Below, one piece after another: positions 37,461-48,776 of a stretch of DNA of 64,000 bases; the stretch's first letter is position 1; each line of letters begins with the position of its first letter. The stretch lies in NCBI GenBank assembly GCA_963732225.1, contig CAVSYR010000004.1:82710-146709 (forward strand), in the 5' to 3' direction. This DNA comes from an uncultured Solirubrobacterales bacterium (GTDB lineage: Bacteria; Actinomycetota; Thermoleophilia; Solirubrobacterales; 70-9). A model generated the notes under the pieces. That model saw only the letters and a list, made by a program, of their open reading frames with translations. It did not search any database and was not told where the DNA came from. A program made the translations under genes and the position numbers.

Positions 37461-37845
37461 GCAGGCAGATCCGCGGGTCACTTACGAGCAGCGGCTGCTC
37501 TCGAAGCAAGTCGCACAGCTGATCGGCGGCTTGCTCGAGTCGAACGACATCAAGCGCAGCGAGTTGGCAGAGCGCCTGGGGGTGCCGGACTCTCGCGTGG
37601 CCCACGTCCTGCGCGGGACCGAGAACTTGACCTTGGAGACAGTCGCCTCCTTGGCCCACGCTGTCGGCATCCGCTTCGCCCTGGTGCCCGTCCCGCTCGC
37701 CGACCGCGACACGACCCCTGCGGCGGACGACCCCGCCCCTCCGCGCTGGATCGCCGGCGAGCGCCGCCGGGTGGCGAACATGACCGAGGCCGAGGGGCCG
37801 GCGACGCGACCGCTGGGCGCGGAAATGAGCGGGTCCGATGAGTGA
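37447..37845 (+). CDS. XRE-family helix-turn-helix protein (antitoxin-like)
   Basis: LSKQVAQLIGGLLESNDIKRSELAERLGVPDSRVAHVLRGTENLTLETVASLAHAVG is a canonical XRE HTH. Confidence 0.75.
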   Translation: MSPTKQADPRVTYEQRLLSKQVAQLIGGLLESNDIKRSELAERLGVPDSRVAHVLRGTENLTLETVASLAHAVGIRFALVPVPLADRDTTPAADDPAPPRWIAGERRRVANMTEAEGPATRPLGAEMSGSDE

Positions 37846-38506
37846 TGACGTGTGATCGTCGTCCTCGACACCAACTGCTTTCACAGCGAACTCGAGTTTC
37901 GGGGCCCAAATAGCTGCGGTCGCCACCTAGTTCCGATCGCCGACTAGGACGGGCCGGAAAGGCTTCTCGTAGGACAAGAACCAAGAGCAGCTCGTCATCG
38001 GAGTTCCTGCGCGAGCGATAGCCGTACACAGCGCCGCCGACCTTGCGGCCTTTGGCCCGCCGTCGCGCCATCCCGGCCTTTATCGCGGCACCCTTGCGGC
38101 GCGAGTCCTCCATGTTGCGCTCGCCCATGACGGTCGCGAGGATCAGGTTCTCGAAAGTCGAGGGGTCCTGGATGCAGTGGATCCGAACATCGGTGCGCCT
38201 CGCCCAGAGCGCGACCTCGACCAGGTGACGAGCCTGCAGGCCGTCCCCGCGGGCGAGGCGATCTGAATGCTGGGCGATAAGGATGCCGCCGATCCGCTCG
38301 ACGTGCTCCAGAGCGGCGGCGAGTTCGGGGCCGCGGTTGCCCTTATAGGCGCTGACGTCGGCCTCGCTGTACTCGGCGACGACCTCGAGTCCTGCACTCT
38401 CGGCGAAGCGTCGGCCGTCCTCGAGCTGGCCAGGGATCGAGCCCCGAATGTCCTCGGTCGACTTGGCGGCGTAGAGGACCGCCTGTATTGTTTCCCGTTC
38501 TTCCAT
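37550..38506 (-). pseudogene. Serine recombinase (resolvase-type catalytic domain), probably truncated after ~190 aa
   Basis: MEERETIQAVLYAAKSTEDIRGSIPGQLEDGRRFAESAGLEVVAEYSEADVSAYKGNRGPEL...LIAQHSDRLARG...RRAKGRKVGGAVYGYR is the expected catalytic domain with a Ser nucleophile context. Beyond about 37930 the open frame turns Arg/Ser/Pro-rich and runs antisense to the XRE gene, so it is unlikely to be coding. Confidence 0.7.
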
Positions 38507-38626
38507 GCGGCTCAGCGAGCCCTTCCCGTTCCCCTATCCCAAGATCTTCGCGGCGCATTCTCGCCCCCAAGACACCGGGCAGAACACCCTGCATGTTCTT
38601 CGGCGGGGAGATAATCCGCCCTAAGG

Positions 38627-39589
38627 GTGGCGAACGAGTGGCGCGACATACGGGCGATGCGAGCCGAACCACCGGGTCTCGCGCTCAGAGACCCGCGGCG
38701 CCGCAGGGTCTTCACCGCCGCCCTCCAACAGGCCGAGGAGCTCCACCAGGCCGCGGAGGCGACCGGTTATGCGAGCCGCCCGCTGCCGCTCTTCTACGCC
38801 CTCAGCCAGGGCGGCCGGGCGATCGCCGCGGCTCGGGCCAGCGGTGCCTGGAAGATCAGGGGCCACGGGATGCGCTGCGAGTCGCGGCGGCGCTCGGTCC
38901 TCGACACGCGGCTGAGTGTGACCGCTTCGGGAGCCATCCCGATGGTGACTCGCGCCACCGGCTCTCCTTCCTACGAGACGCCGGTCAAGCTCGGGGCGCT
39001 GCTCGCCTCCCTCCCGGAGGTCTCCGCCCGGGCGAACTCGCTGGTCAAGGGCCCAGCGACGATCGCCCTGTACCCCGATGAGACGGCCGCACGCGATGAG
39101 CGCCACCGGCAGCTTTCTCCGCCGCTCGGCTTTTCGGGCGTCTACTTCGGGCCCGAGGGCTCGCTGCCACCCGCCGAGCAGCAGGAGGGCCTGCGCCGGG
39201 CGCTCCGCCCCTATCCCCGCGCCCAGGGCTGGCAGAGTCACAGCGCCTGGATCACCAGGGATGGGGTTCGCGGCATCGGGCTGAGCTGGCCGATCGCCGA
39301 GCAGGGAGTCCGGGGCTACCGGGCGCTGGAGGTGGTCGCGACCCGGGTCGGCGACCTCTATTACCTACGGCCCGGGCTCGGCAAGGACGGTGGCGAGATC
39401 AGCGTCCTGATGAGCTGGTGGGCGGTCCTGCTCGGCCTTTCGAGTCTGGCGCGATACGAGCCGGCCAGCTGGCGCGCCGGGCTCGACAGCGATTCCTCGC
39501 CGATCTCCTCGCTGCTCGAGGAAACCCTCGACCACGCCCAGGAGCGGGTCCCCCAGCTGATCCGCTGGGCCCTGGCGGAGGCCGCGTGA
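38627..39589 (+). CDS. Hypothetical protein (320 aa), possibly YaaC-like
   Basis: Intact ORF with ordinary composition. RPLPLFYALSQGGRAIAAA and the C-terminal ...SVLMSWWAVLLGLSSLARYEP..W recall the YaaC family only loosely. It sits directly upstream of the STAND gene. Confidence 0.55.
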   Translation: MANEWRDIRAMRAEPPGLALRDPRRRRVFTAALQQAEELHQAAEATGYASRPLPLFYALSQGGRAIAAARASGAWKIRGHGMRCESRRRSVLDTRLSVTASGAIPMVTRATGSPSYETPVKLGALLASLPEVSARANSLVKGPATIALYPDETAARDERHRQLSPPLGFSGVYFGPEGSLPPAEQQEGLRRALRPYPRAQGWQSHSAWITRDGVRGIGLSWPIAEQGVRGYRALEVVATRVGDLYYLRPGLGKDGGEISVLMSWWAVLLGLSSLARYEPASWRAGLDSDSSPISSLLEETLDHAQERVPQLIRWALAEAA

Positions 39590-39637
39590 GCGAGCGGCAT
39601 AGACGGTTGCGCACGGGCACCGAGCGCGGGGGTACCG

Positions 39638-42600
39638 ATGCCCACCGGCCTGAGCGGCTCCGGAAGCCTCAAGCAGATCCGCAGCTGGGACGGCTCCCAG
39701 ACGCGAGCCTTCGAGGAGCTCTGCTTCCAGCTGCGCGACCCGACGCCGCCGGGCGCCGAGCTGCGAAAGACCGGCGACCCCGACGCCGGGGTCGAGTGGT
39801 ACTGGCTGCTCAACGACGGCGCCGAAGTCGCCTGGCAGGCCAAGTTCGTCTTCGACACCAGCGGACTGTTGAGCCAGATGCGGAAGTCCTTGAAAGCGAC
39901 CGCCGGGAAGCGACCCGAGCCTGCAGCAAGATGAACTTCTGCATCCCCTACGACCTCGCCGATGACCCGAGCAGGGCCCGGGGCAAACAGGCCCGCGAGC
40001 GCTTCGAGGAGGCCAAGCAGGACTGGCTCGAGTTCGCGCCTGGGGTCGAGGTCGGGCTGCTCAGCGGCGGCGAATTGCTCGAGCGCCTCGCCCTCGAGCG
40101 TCACCGTGGCCGCGAGCACTTCTTCTTCGGTGAGCGCCTGCTCGGGAGCGAGTGGTGCGAGCACGAGCTGAAGGCGACGATCGAGGACGCTGGCGATCGC
40201 TACACACCCGAGCAAGACGTCGCGCTTCCAATCGACGAGATCCTTGAATCGGTCGCTCAGCCTCCATGGCTCGAGGCAGAGCTCCGCAAAAAGGTCGACG
40301 CGGCGCTACTCGCCGCCAAGGAGGTCCTGAGGCGCGGCGACCCGGAGCGTCCCTGGGCTGGCCTTCCTTGCGGAGATCCGAGACTCCCTCGGTCGGATCG
40401 AGGAGGCCGAGCCGATTGCCGAGCTGCCGCCGGCGCTCGAATCGAAGCTACTGCTCGAGGCGACCGGCGAAGCGCTTGAGGCGCTCGATCGCCTCTACGG
40501 CGAGATCTATCCCCGGATCCGCACCGCGGAAGAACGCCGGCCGGCCAGCGGGGAGGTGGACGAGGCAAAGAAGATCGCGCTGGCAAGCGAAAAGCGGCTT
40601 GCAGAAGCTGCCTCGTCGCTGGCGCCGAGGGCGCGCCATCTCGGCCAGACCCTGCGCGAGCTCGAAGACTTCCTGCGGGGTCCCGCCTGCCAAGGAGCCG
40701 AGCGTCGGGCACTGTTCGTCCACGGACCGGCTGGGCGGGGCAAGACTCATCTCTTCTGCGACGTCGGCGAGCGGCTCCTCGCCGAGGGCCACCCCGTGCT
40801 CGTCCTGCTCGGAGAACGCTTCCGCGAGGGCTCGGTCTGGCGCACCCTGGCCGCGGCCCTCGGCGAGCCTGGCCTGAGCGCCGACGAGGTTGCAGGCGTG
40901 CTCGCCGCCTCGGGCGAGGCGAGCGGCCGGCGGGCGGTGCTGCTGATCGACGCGATCAACGAGACCAAGCCCGACCCCGGAGTCTGGTCGGCCGAGCTCT
41001 CCGACGTCCGGCGCCGGCTCACCGAGAGCGGCTGGGTCGGCCTGGCGGTCAGCTGCCGCGACACCTACCTGGATTGGTCAGAGCCGGCCGGAGGACCCGA
41101 CCAAGAGTTCGCGCGGGTAGAGCACCTCGGCTACCGCGGCCGCGAGCACGAGGCGGTCGAGCGGATCTTCGCGGTCCACGGCCTCGAGAGTCCCGCAGGT
41201 GCCACTCCTGCTTCCCGAGTTCAGCGACCCGCTCTTCCTAAAGCTCTACTGCGAGGGCCTCAAGGACAGCGGCCGGCCCGCGACCGGAAGTGAGCACCTC
41301 TCCGAGGTGTTCGAGAACTTCGTCCAGGCGCGCGGCGAGTCGGGTCGAAAGCACGCTGCGCCTCGATCGCAACCTCGGGCTCGGTGCGCCAGGCGATCAA
41401 CGCCCTCGCCTCGAAGTTCGTCGAGTCGCGGCGGCGAGCGGATCCCCTACCCCGAGGCCGCCAAATTGATCAACGCCCTGGCACCCAACCTGAGCAGCTC
41501 ACCGGAGACTCTGATCGAGCAGCTGATCAGCGAGGGCCTCGTCGCTCTCGACCGCGCCTGGCTTGGCGAGGAGCCGGGCTGGTCGAGGCCGTCGGCTTCC
41601 CCTATCAGCGCTTCTCCGATCACATGATCGTCGGCGCCTACCTCGACGCGCAACCTGGCCGGAGCCTCGCCGGAGGCGCTGACCGCCGCCTTCGGAGCCG
41701 GCGGACACTTGGAGCAGTGGCTCGGCGAAGCCCCGCTCGGGCAGGTCGAGGCTCTGGCCGTGACGCTTCCCGAGCGCTGGGGAGTCGAGCTTCCCGACCT
41801 CTACCCCGACGATGGCGAGGGCGCCGCCTGGATCGACGCCACTTCGCGCTCTCCTCGTTCCTCGCCAGCTTGTGATCCGCGATCGCGACGCCTTCGGGGC
41901 ACGGGCGGCGCCGCTCCTGAACGAGTCGCTCGACCTGATGCCGGAGGACTCGCTCGATGCCCTCGTCAGCGTCAGCGCCGATCCCGCGCCATCCCTACAA
42001 CGGCTCGCGGCTACACGCCTTTATCGAGGCGATGCCGATGGCAGATCGCGACGCCTACTGGGGGATCGCGACCTACGACTCCTTCGCCAACCCCGGTACA
42101 GCGCTCGACCGCCTGGTGCGCTGGGCTGCCCGGGGCCCCTACCGCACCTACACAGACGAGGTCGTCGAGCTCGCCACGCTACCGCTGGTCTGGCTGCTCG
42201 CGAGTCCCAACCGCTTCGCCCGCGACTACACCACCAAGGCCCTGGCCAGCGTCCTGATCGGTCGGCCGGAGCTCGCCGGCGCGCTGGTCGAGCGCTTTGC
42301 GGGCGTCGACGACCCCTACGTGGTCGAGCGGCTGGCGGCCGCGGTGGCTGGCTCGGTGATGCGCGCCGAGCGCAGCGATGCGACGGCGGTGCGGGGGCTG
42401 CTCGAGAAGCTTGTCACCAACTTGATCGAGGGTCGCGAGAAATCTCCTGATCTCCTGACCAGAGACCACATCGCCTCGCTCGCCCGCCTCCTGCGCGCGC
42501 CGCGGGCAGATCCCGCCCCGCTGGCATAAGCGGGCGTTGCCCCCTTATGAGAGTAAGCCCCCGAAGCGTCCGCGCAGCGCCAAGTACCTCGAGGAGACCT

Positions 42601-44219
42601 ACCCGGCGGCAGAGGACGGAGCGGGTTTCGAGGAGCTGCAGCGATCGGCGCTCGCGGACTGGAGCGACTGGTCACGCTACGAGGTAAGTGGCCGGATCGA
42701 CAACTTCCTGGCCACCAGGCTCGGTGAGCCCGTTCCGGAGCCCGAGCCGCCTGAACCTCTTGAAGATCTGAGGATCAGCAAACGTGGCTGGAAGGCGTTC
42801 GTGGCGTCTCTCGATGAGAGCCAGGGCGAGCTGATCGCCGGAGGGGAATTTTCGGCGGAGGAGCTCGTCGACTCCTTCAGCGACGAGCAGGCCCTCCTGC
42901 TGACCCGCGCCTACGTGCATAAACGGAGGAAGAAGGTCCCGCAGGCAGCGCGCCAGGCGATCCCCTTGGAGCGCGCCAGGCGACTGATCTTTCAGCGCTG
43001 CATCGAGCTCGGCTGGACCCCCGAGCGCTTTGGCCACTTCGACTTCAGGGTCGGGCGTCGCGGAGGGCTGCGGGAGTCCCACAAGGGCGAGCGCTTCGGC
43101 AAGAAGTACCAGTGGATAGCCCTCCACGAGCTGCTGGCGAGGCTGGCCGACAACTTCACCTTCAAGGAATGGGAGGAGGTCGAGCCCTACGAAGGCGCCT
43201 GGCAGATCTCGACCCGAGACATCGATCCGAGCCTCCCCCCGGAGCCGATCACGATTGGTGAGGACCAGGAACACCGCCGTGGCCCCGCCTTCTCCGTGGA
43301 CCCCGTCGTGAGCTGGTGGACCACCGGTGCTCCAGACTTCGAGGCAGGCGAGCCCGGCGGCGAGCTCGAGTGGACCGAGGACGCCGAGGCGATGCCCGCC
43401 CCCGAGAAGCTGCTGCGGGCGAGGGACGACTCCGATCGGGCCTGGGTCGTGGCCGACGGCTTCTTCGGCTGGAGCCACGACTTCGACGACGTCCCGAGCG
43501 TCAGCCGCGAGCCGGAGGCACGCAGGGACCTCACGATCAGGGCGCTGGGGACTGTGATCCGCCACGAGTCACTCGCGAAGCTTCGGCGCTGGCTCGCCGA
43601 GGAGCCGGATCTGCTGCGGGCGATGCCCGACTGGCAATACCAGGCGATTCACAACGCCTTCTGGGTGGAGCTACCCGAGGAGGCAAGCACACGTGGCCGC
43701 CCCGCGGGATGGCGTCCGGCCCGCGGGGAGGGACGCCTGCCGATCCGGTCGGCTGCCGTGGCGCTCAGCTACTCGGCCGAAGCGAGCGGCGCCGACTGCT
43801 CTCTCAGCAGCGGACTCAACGTCGACCTCCCCTCGATGTTCATGGCGAAGCTGGGTGGCGCCCGCTGGAGCGAGGTCGCGCGGATGTGGGTGGACCGCGA
43901 CGACAGGCCCTTCGCCCAGTTTCGCCAGACCGACGAGGGTTTTCGCCGCGATCACGCCCTCCTCCTCGCCGAGGATGCACTCGCGGAATTGCTGGCGAAA
44001 GAAGAGCTCGTGCTGGTGATCGGGCTCTTCAGCGAGCGCCGTGCCTTCGAGCACTCCGAGTACCGCGGCCGGTCAGAGATGATCGGTTGGACCGACTACG
44101 CCGGTCACCTGATCTTTGACGGTGAGAGTTGGAAATCGGGTCCGATGACCCCGGTTGAGCGTCACCACCGTAGGGTGTCCGCGGACGGCGATCGTCTCGA
44201 CAATGGGGCCGCGGAATGA
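39638..44219 (+). pseudogene. Large (~1520 aa) nuclease-STAND NTPase, Avs-like candidate antiphage protein; about 9-10 frame changes in the first 2.9 kb
   Basis: Concatenable segments: PD-(D/E)xK-like N-terminus (FEELCFQLRD...GDPDAGVEWYWLLNDGAEVAWQAKFVF); KMNFCIPYDLAD...; Walker A ALFVHGPAGRGKTHLFCD; Walker B-like AVLLIDAINE; LFLKLYCEGLKDSG; FPYQRFSDHMIVGAYL; then long helical regions including the intact ORF 42537-44219, which is open upstream into ...RGQIPPRWHKRALPPYES. Confidence 0.7.
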
Positions 44220-44283
44220 CGTCGGTGAAAGCGACCTGAGTCAGTTCCGCGGCACCGCGACAGCGCGTGGGGAGCGGCGGGGC

Positions 44284-46921
44284 TCAGTCCCGCTTGAAGA
44301 CCAGGGCGCTGGAGGTGAAGACCTCGGCGTACTCGGTTTCGCCGACCATCTCTAGCCCATCCCGCTCGGCGATCTCGAGCAGTCGATCGACGTCGAGGCC
44401 CCAGCCGGCGGCGATCGAGGAGAGGATCAGGTCACCGAGGTCGATCGCGACGTCGTTGGGGATCTCGACCAGTTCCCCAAGAACACCTCCGCTGCCGACC
44501 CTCGAGCCGACGATGGTGTCCTCGGCGGGGACGAACGTTGACTCGCCGCCCGCGTGAATTAGGTCTTCCTCCTCGACCTCGGGCCAGTAGACGATCCTGT
44601 CCTGCTCGGAGGACCACACCCTCAGCTGCTCTCGGTTTAGGGCATTGTCGAAGCCCCGGCAGATCGGCAGGCCAGAGACGTCAGCCCCGAATCCCGCCAG
44701 CATCGCCGCCATCGAAATCCCCTCGTCACCGTCGAGTCCCGAGTCGACCCAGAGCGCGGCCTGCTCGCCCGCCCACTCGGTCAACCGCTCGGGAGGTAGC
44801 AGCGCCCGGCCGGAGGCCCGGGCGAGGTTGGGGGTGTCGGCGAGCAGGACGCCGAGCATGCGTGATCCGGAACGTGCCGCCAGCCCTCCGATCGTGACCA
44901 GGGCAGGGGCGTGATCGCCATAGAAGAAGCCCGAGCTGATCGCCGCCGCGCGCCCCACCAACTCGCCCCCGGCGCCCCGCAGAGGGCGGATCCGATCGGT
45001 CTGAGCCCGGTTGGCACCGGCTCCGATCCGCGCGACTAGCTCCTCCGCGGGCAGCTCCCGCCAATCGTCCGCGTCGACCACGGGGATCTGCTGCTCGCCC
45101 AGCTCCAGGACTAGGTCGACGCCGATTGTCGGGCAGAGGCGACCGAGTACCACCGTCGGCTCGGATCGCAGCTGCCCCGCTTCTCTGTGGCCAGGACTCA
45201 CCGGGACCTCGAAGCTGACCTCCGTGCCCGCTTCGGCGAGGCGCTCGGCGGCCTCGGCGCGGCGCAGGGTCGCCCTGCGGGAGAGTCCCTGGGGGAACTC
45301 CAGCACGTAGGTGTCGGCCGTGGCGCTGGTCGTGGAACCGCGAACGCACCCGCACCGGCCGGTCGAACATGAAGACTGAGAAGAACCCGATTCCGAAGCG
45401 GCCGATCGGTTCGAATTGCGTCGCGGCGAGGCCCGGGATCAGCTCGGGGAGCGAGGGATCGCGCCACAGCGAGCGGCCGAAGTCGAGCAGAGGGCCCGCG
45501 AGCATCTCGCGACCCATGCCGACCCCGTTGTCGGTGACCGTGAAGCTGAGCATCTCGCCATCGCCCTCCTCGATGCGCACCCGGATCTGACCGTGCCCCC
45601 ACTCCGGCAGGAGGTCGCGACGGGCGTTGACGGCATCGATCGCATTCTGGATCGTCTCCCGTAGCGGGACCAGGGGCCTGTCGCCATAGAGGTGGGCGCC
45701 TCCCATCCGCCGCACCAGCGAGGTGACGTCGGAGATTCGCAACTGGGCATCGACCGGCTCCCAGCCCTCGACCCGAATCGACCCCCGGAGGGCGGCCGCG
45801 TCGTGGGCCTCCGCGACGCCCTTTATCGCGAAGGTCGGGCGCCGGAGATCCTGCAGGAGGGAGTCGACCGCACGCAGCTCGTCATCGGCGACTCCGAGCA
45901 TGTCGTAGCCGAGCCACCAGGCACCGGCCTCGGCGCGCTCGAACGGACGGGTGGTCTGGTAGCGAAGCCGCGAGCCTGCCGTCGCCGGGCGGGCCAATCG
46001 CTCCTGCAGTTCCCAGTGGGTCATTCCCTCCCCGCGGGGTTCTTGGGCGAGGCGCAGGAGAGGAGGCGCTCGCCGAGCATCGAGGTGACAGACATCGGCA
46101 AGCCTCAGCAGCGCAGCGATCTTCAACGCGTCCACCGGCCACTCGGGGGGCATCTCGCCGACGATCAACTCGAGCGTCTCGAAGCGGCGCAGCTGGCCGA
46201 CGCTCAACCAGTGGCTCGCCGCCAGCCGGCCCGAGAGGTCCCCGAAGGCACCGCGAAGCTCCTCCTCGTCGACGAGGTAGCGGCAACCCTGATCGGAGTT
46301 GAGCGCGACCCGCGCGATCGTCACTGCCTGCTCGGCATGTCGTTTGCGCAGGACGATGCGGTCGGCCTTAACCCGTTGCTCCTCGGTCGCCGCGTGCAGG
46401 TCGTTCTCTGTCGGCGCGCGCCCGTCCTCCTGGCGAAGCACGACCCCCAAGGAGTCGGACCACTCGGGAGTCTCGCGCAGCTCCTCGCGGCCTCCGGGGT
46501 AGGCGGCGACGGCGAGGCCGAGATCGTGAAGCAAGACGGCGACCCCGAAGACGAACCCCTCGGCGGGGTTGAAGGTGATCTCCTCCCCACCGATCTGCTC
46601 GGCTAGGGACCAGAGGGCGTCGAGGTGGGTCGCGTCGTGGACGGTGAAGTCGGGCAGGTCCTCGCTGATCTGCCCGGCGATCTCGGAGGCCAGCTCGCGG
46701 GAGCGCTCGAGCTGCGCCCGCAGGCGCCTGCGGGCGCCCAGGTCGACGCACTCCAGCTCGGGGCCCAGGCTTTCCTGCCAGAGTCTGGTGCGCTGGTACT
46801 CGGGTATGGCCTCTCCAGCCTCCACGGAGAGCAATCTAGATCGAATCCGCCTCACTTGACTGGACCGCTGAGCGCGGACCAGGGCGCCGGGCACCCGCGT
46901 AGCGTTGAGCCAATGCAGCAT
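44284..46921 (-). pseudogene. HD-domain plus GHKL (HATPase_c-type) ATPase fusion protein (~879 aa) with one frame change
   Basis: HD region: FTVHDATHLDALWSLAEQ...VAVLLHDLGLA. Bergerat-fold motifs: ETIQNAIDAVNA, TVTDNGVGM, GRFGIGFFSVFM. ORF 44726-46921 joins ORF 44284-45306 (TYVLEFPQGLSRRATL...) near 45310-45345. Confidence 0.8.
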
Positions 46922-48037
46922 GGCGCGTCAAGGACGGAGGTGGTCTATGCGTGGCCGCGGCTCTCGAAGCCGCAGCCGCGGGTCCCGATCGCCTACCTGG
47001 ACCTGAACCACTGGATCGGTCTCGCGAAAGCCGCCGTCGACCATCCAGACGGGCGCAAGAGCGCGCCCGCGCTAGAGGCCCTCCGAGAGCTGCGGGCCGC
47101 TGGGGAGGTCTGCCTGCCTCTCAGCTCGACCCACTACATGGAGATGACGCGGATCGGCAGCTCGCGCCAGCGCTTCGACGTCGGCGCGGTGATGGAGGAG
47201 CTCTCCGACTTCGCCTGCTTGATGAACCGCACGATCCTGATCCGCCTCGAATTGGACGCCGCGATCCGCGCCGTTCTCGGCAGTGAGGAATGGCTCTATG
47301 CCGGGCTCCCGCTAATCGGCAGGGGTGGCATGCAGGCGATGGGGATGCGAGGGGATCTGGTGGTCCGCGACGGAGACGGCAACGACGTCACCGCCCAGGC
47401 CAGGAGGGAGTTTCGCGATGGCCCGGCCGCCTTCGACCGCTGGCGCAGGGACGCCGAAGACCGGCTGAGCCGCTCCTTCCTTCGCGGCCCGAGCAACGAG
47501 GAAGAGCCGGCGTTGCGGGCGGAGGGCTGGGACCCCGAAAAGGCCACCGCGCTCGGACACAAGCGCGCCGAACAGGAGAACGAACATGCCGCAAGGCTCG
47601 CCGCCGACCCCCGCTGGCGGCGGGGAAGGCTGCGGGATGTGGTCGCGGGCCGCTACCTGGCGCTCGAGGTCTTCGACGACCTCAACGACTGCCTGGGCCG
47701 GTGGGGCGTCGATCTCTCGGAAATCTGCTCTGACCCAGAGTCGGCGAGGCGGTTCTCGGACTCGATGCCGGGAGCGGATGTCTGGATCACGATGCTGACG
47801 GCGATGCATCGCAACCCCCAGACCAGATGGAGTGCCAACGACATCTACGACGTGGACGCGCTCTGCGCCGCGGTCCCCTACTGCGACTTGGTGGCCACCG
47901 AGCGCCACGCCGCGCATCTGCTCCACGTCGCCGGTCTGCCCGAGCGCATCGGCACGACCGTGGTCGCGAGCTTGGACGAGGCTGTGGAGGAGATGGTCTC
48001 CCTGGTGCGTTTGAGATCCACCTCCGCAGCGGCCTAG
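46913..48037 (+). CDS. Hypothetical protein (374 aa) divergent from the HD-GHKL gene
   Basis: Sensible sequence starts at MQHGASRTEVVYAWPRLSKPQPRVPIAYLDLNHWIGLAKAAVDHPDG... ATG at 46913 and the divergent ATG at 46921 share the palindrome ATGCAGCAT. A GTG near 46940 is an alternative start. Confidence 0.65.
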   Translation: MQHGASRTEVVYAWPRLSKPQPRVPIAYLDLNHWIGLAKAAVDHPDGRKSAPALEALRELRAAGEVCLPLSSTHYMEMTRIGSSRQRFDVGAVMEELSDFACLMNRTILIRLELDAAIRAVLGSEEWLYAGLPLIGRGGMQAMGMRGDLVVRDGDGNDVTAQARREFRDGPAAFDRWRRDAEDRLSRSFLRGPSNEEEPALRAEGWDPEKATALGHKRAEQENEHAARLAADPRWRRGRLRDVVAGRYLALEVFDDLNDCLGRWGVDLSEICSDPESARRFSDSMPGADVWITMLTAMHRNPQTRWSANDIYDVDALCAAVPYCDLVATERHAAHLLHVAGLPERIGTTVVASLDEAVEEMVSLVRLRSTSAAA

Positions 48038-48548
48038 GATCGATCCATGACCGATGGCGGCTCGCTTGATCAACACCGAGCGCTCGACGATCGGGGAGAG
48101 CAGCTGCCTGACGAAGGCGAGCGAGAGATCGGCTTCGGCTCCCAAAGCATGTAACTGGTCGTGCGCGAGTATTACCTGCCGGAATTGGCTCGGTAGAAGG
48201 GAATCGAGCCGGTTCTCGATCGCCTCAGTCCCGACGGGGATAGAGCATCGACCGCATCATGCCGCGGTCCTCAGCTTCCTCCGAGCTAGTGATCCACCGC
48301 CTGCGGGGCTCATCCATGCTGATGCCGCCGAACAAGTCCGCCCAGACCAAGCATTCGCCATTGTCCGGGTGGAGACGAGCGCAGCCGTTCTGGACCGGTT
48401 ATGGCGTGAGGACTGAGCTAGCCCGCCGAGAAATGGGTGACCTAAACGATCTGCTGGGGCCGACACCGAGGCCGCCCTGCGATCGCCTTCAACTCGAAGG
48501 TGCCTCTAGCGACAAGAACTGAGCCGGGGAAGATGAAAGGCTTGGGCG

Positions 48549-48776
48549 ATGGCAACTTTCACCAATTGGTACGTGACCGTGGTTCTCGAAGTGGCTGGAA
48601 AGCAGCAGACAATCCGGGGTCCCTCGCGTAGCAGCGAGGAGGACACCAAGGCCGATCTGAAAGAGCTCCAGGAGTTGCTTGGCAGCGGAGAGTGGATCAA
48701 CCTCGACTGGATCTCAGCCAACCCCAAACACGTCGTCGCCGCCCACCTGGACAGCACCAGCATCGGAGTCTTCTAG
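48549..48776 (+). CDS. Small protein (75 aa) coupled to the TIR-like gene
   Basis: MATFTNWYVTVVLEVAGKQQTIRGPSRSSEEDTKADLKELQELLGSGEWINLDWISANPKHVVAAHLDSTSIGVF. Its TAG overlaps the GTG of the next ORF by 1 nt. Confidence 0.5.
   Translation: MATFTNWYVTVVLEVAGKQQTIRGPSRSSEEDTKADLKELQELLGSGEWINLDWISANPKHVVAAHLDSTSIGVF

Noticed and set aside
48040-48420. A possible small frame-shifted minus-strand gene (..ARLHPDNGECLVWADLFGGISMDEPRRRWITSSEEAEDRGMMRSMLYPRRD / ..AIENRLDSLLPSQFRQVILAHDQLHALGAEADLSLAFVRQLLSPIVERSVLIKRAA..).
   Set aside because: The composition is plausible, but there is no clear start, stop or family. It needs at least one frame correction and overlaps the 3' end of 46913-48037. 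The evidence is too weak to list as a feature.
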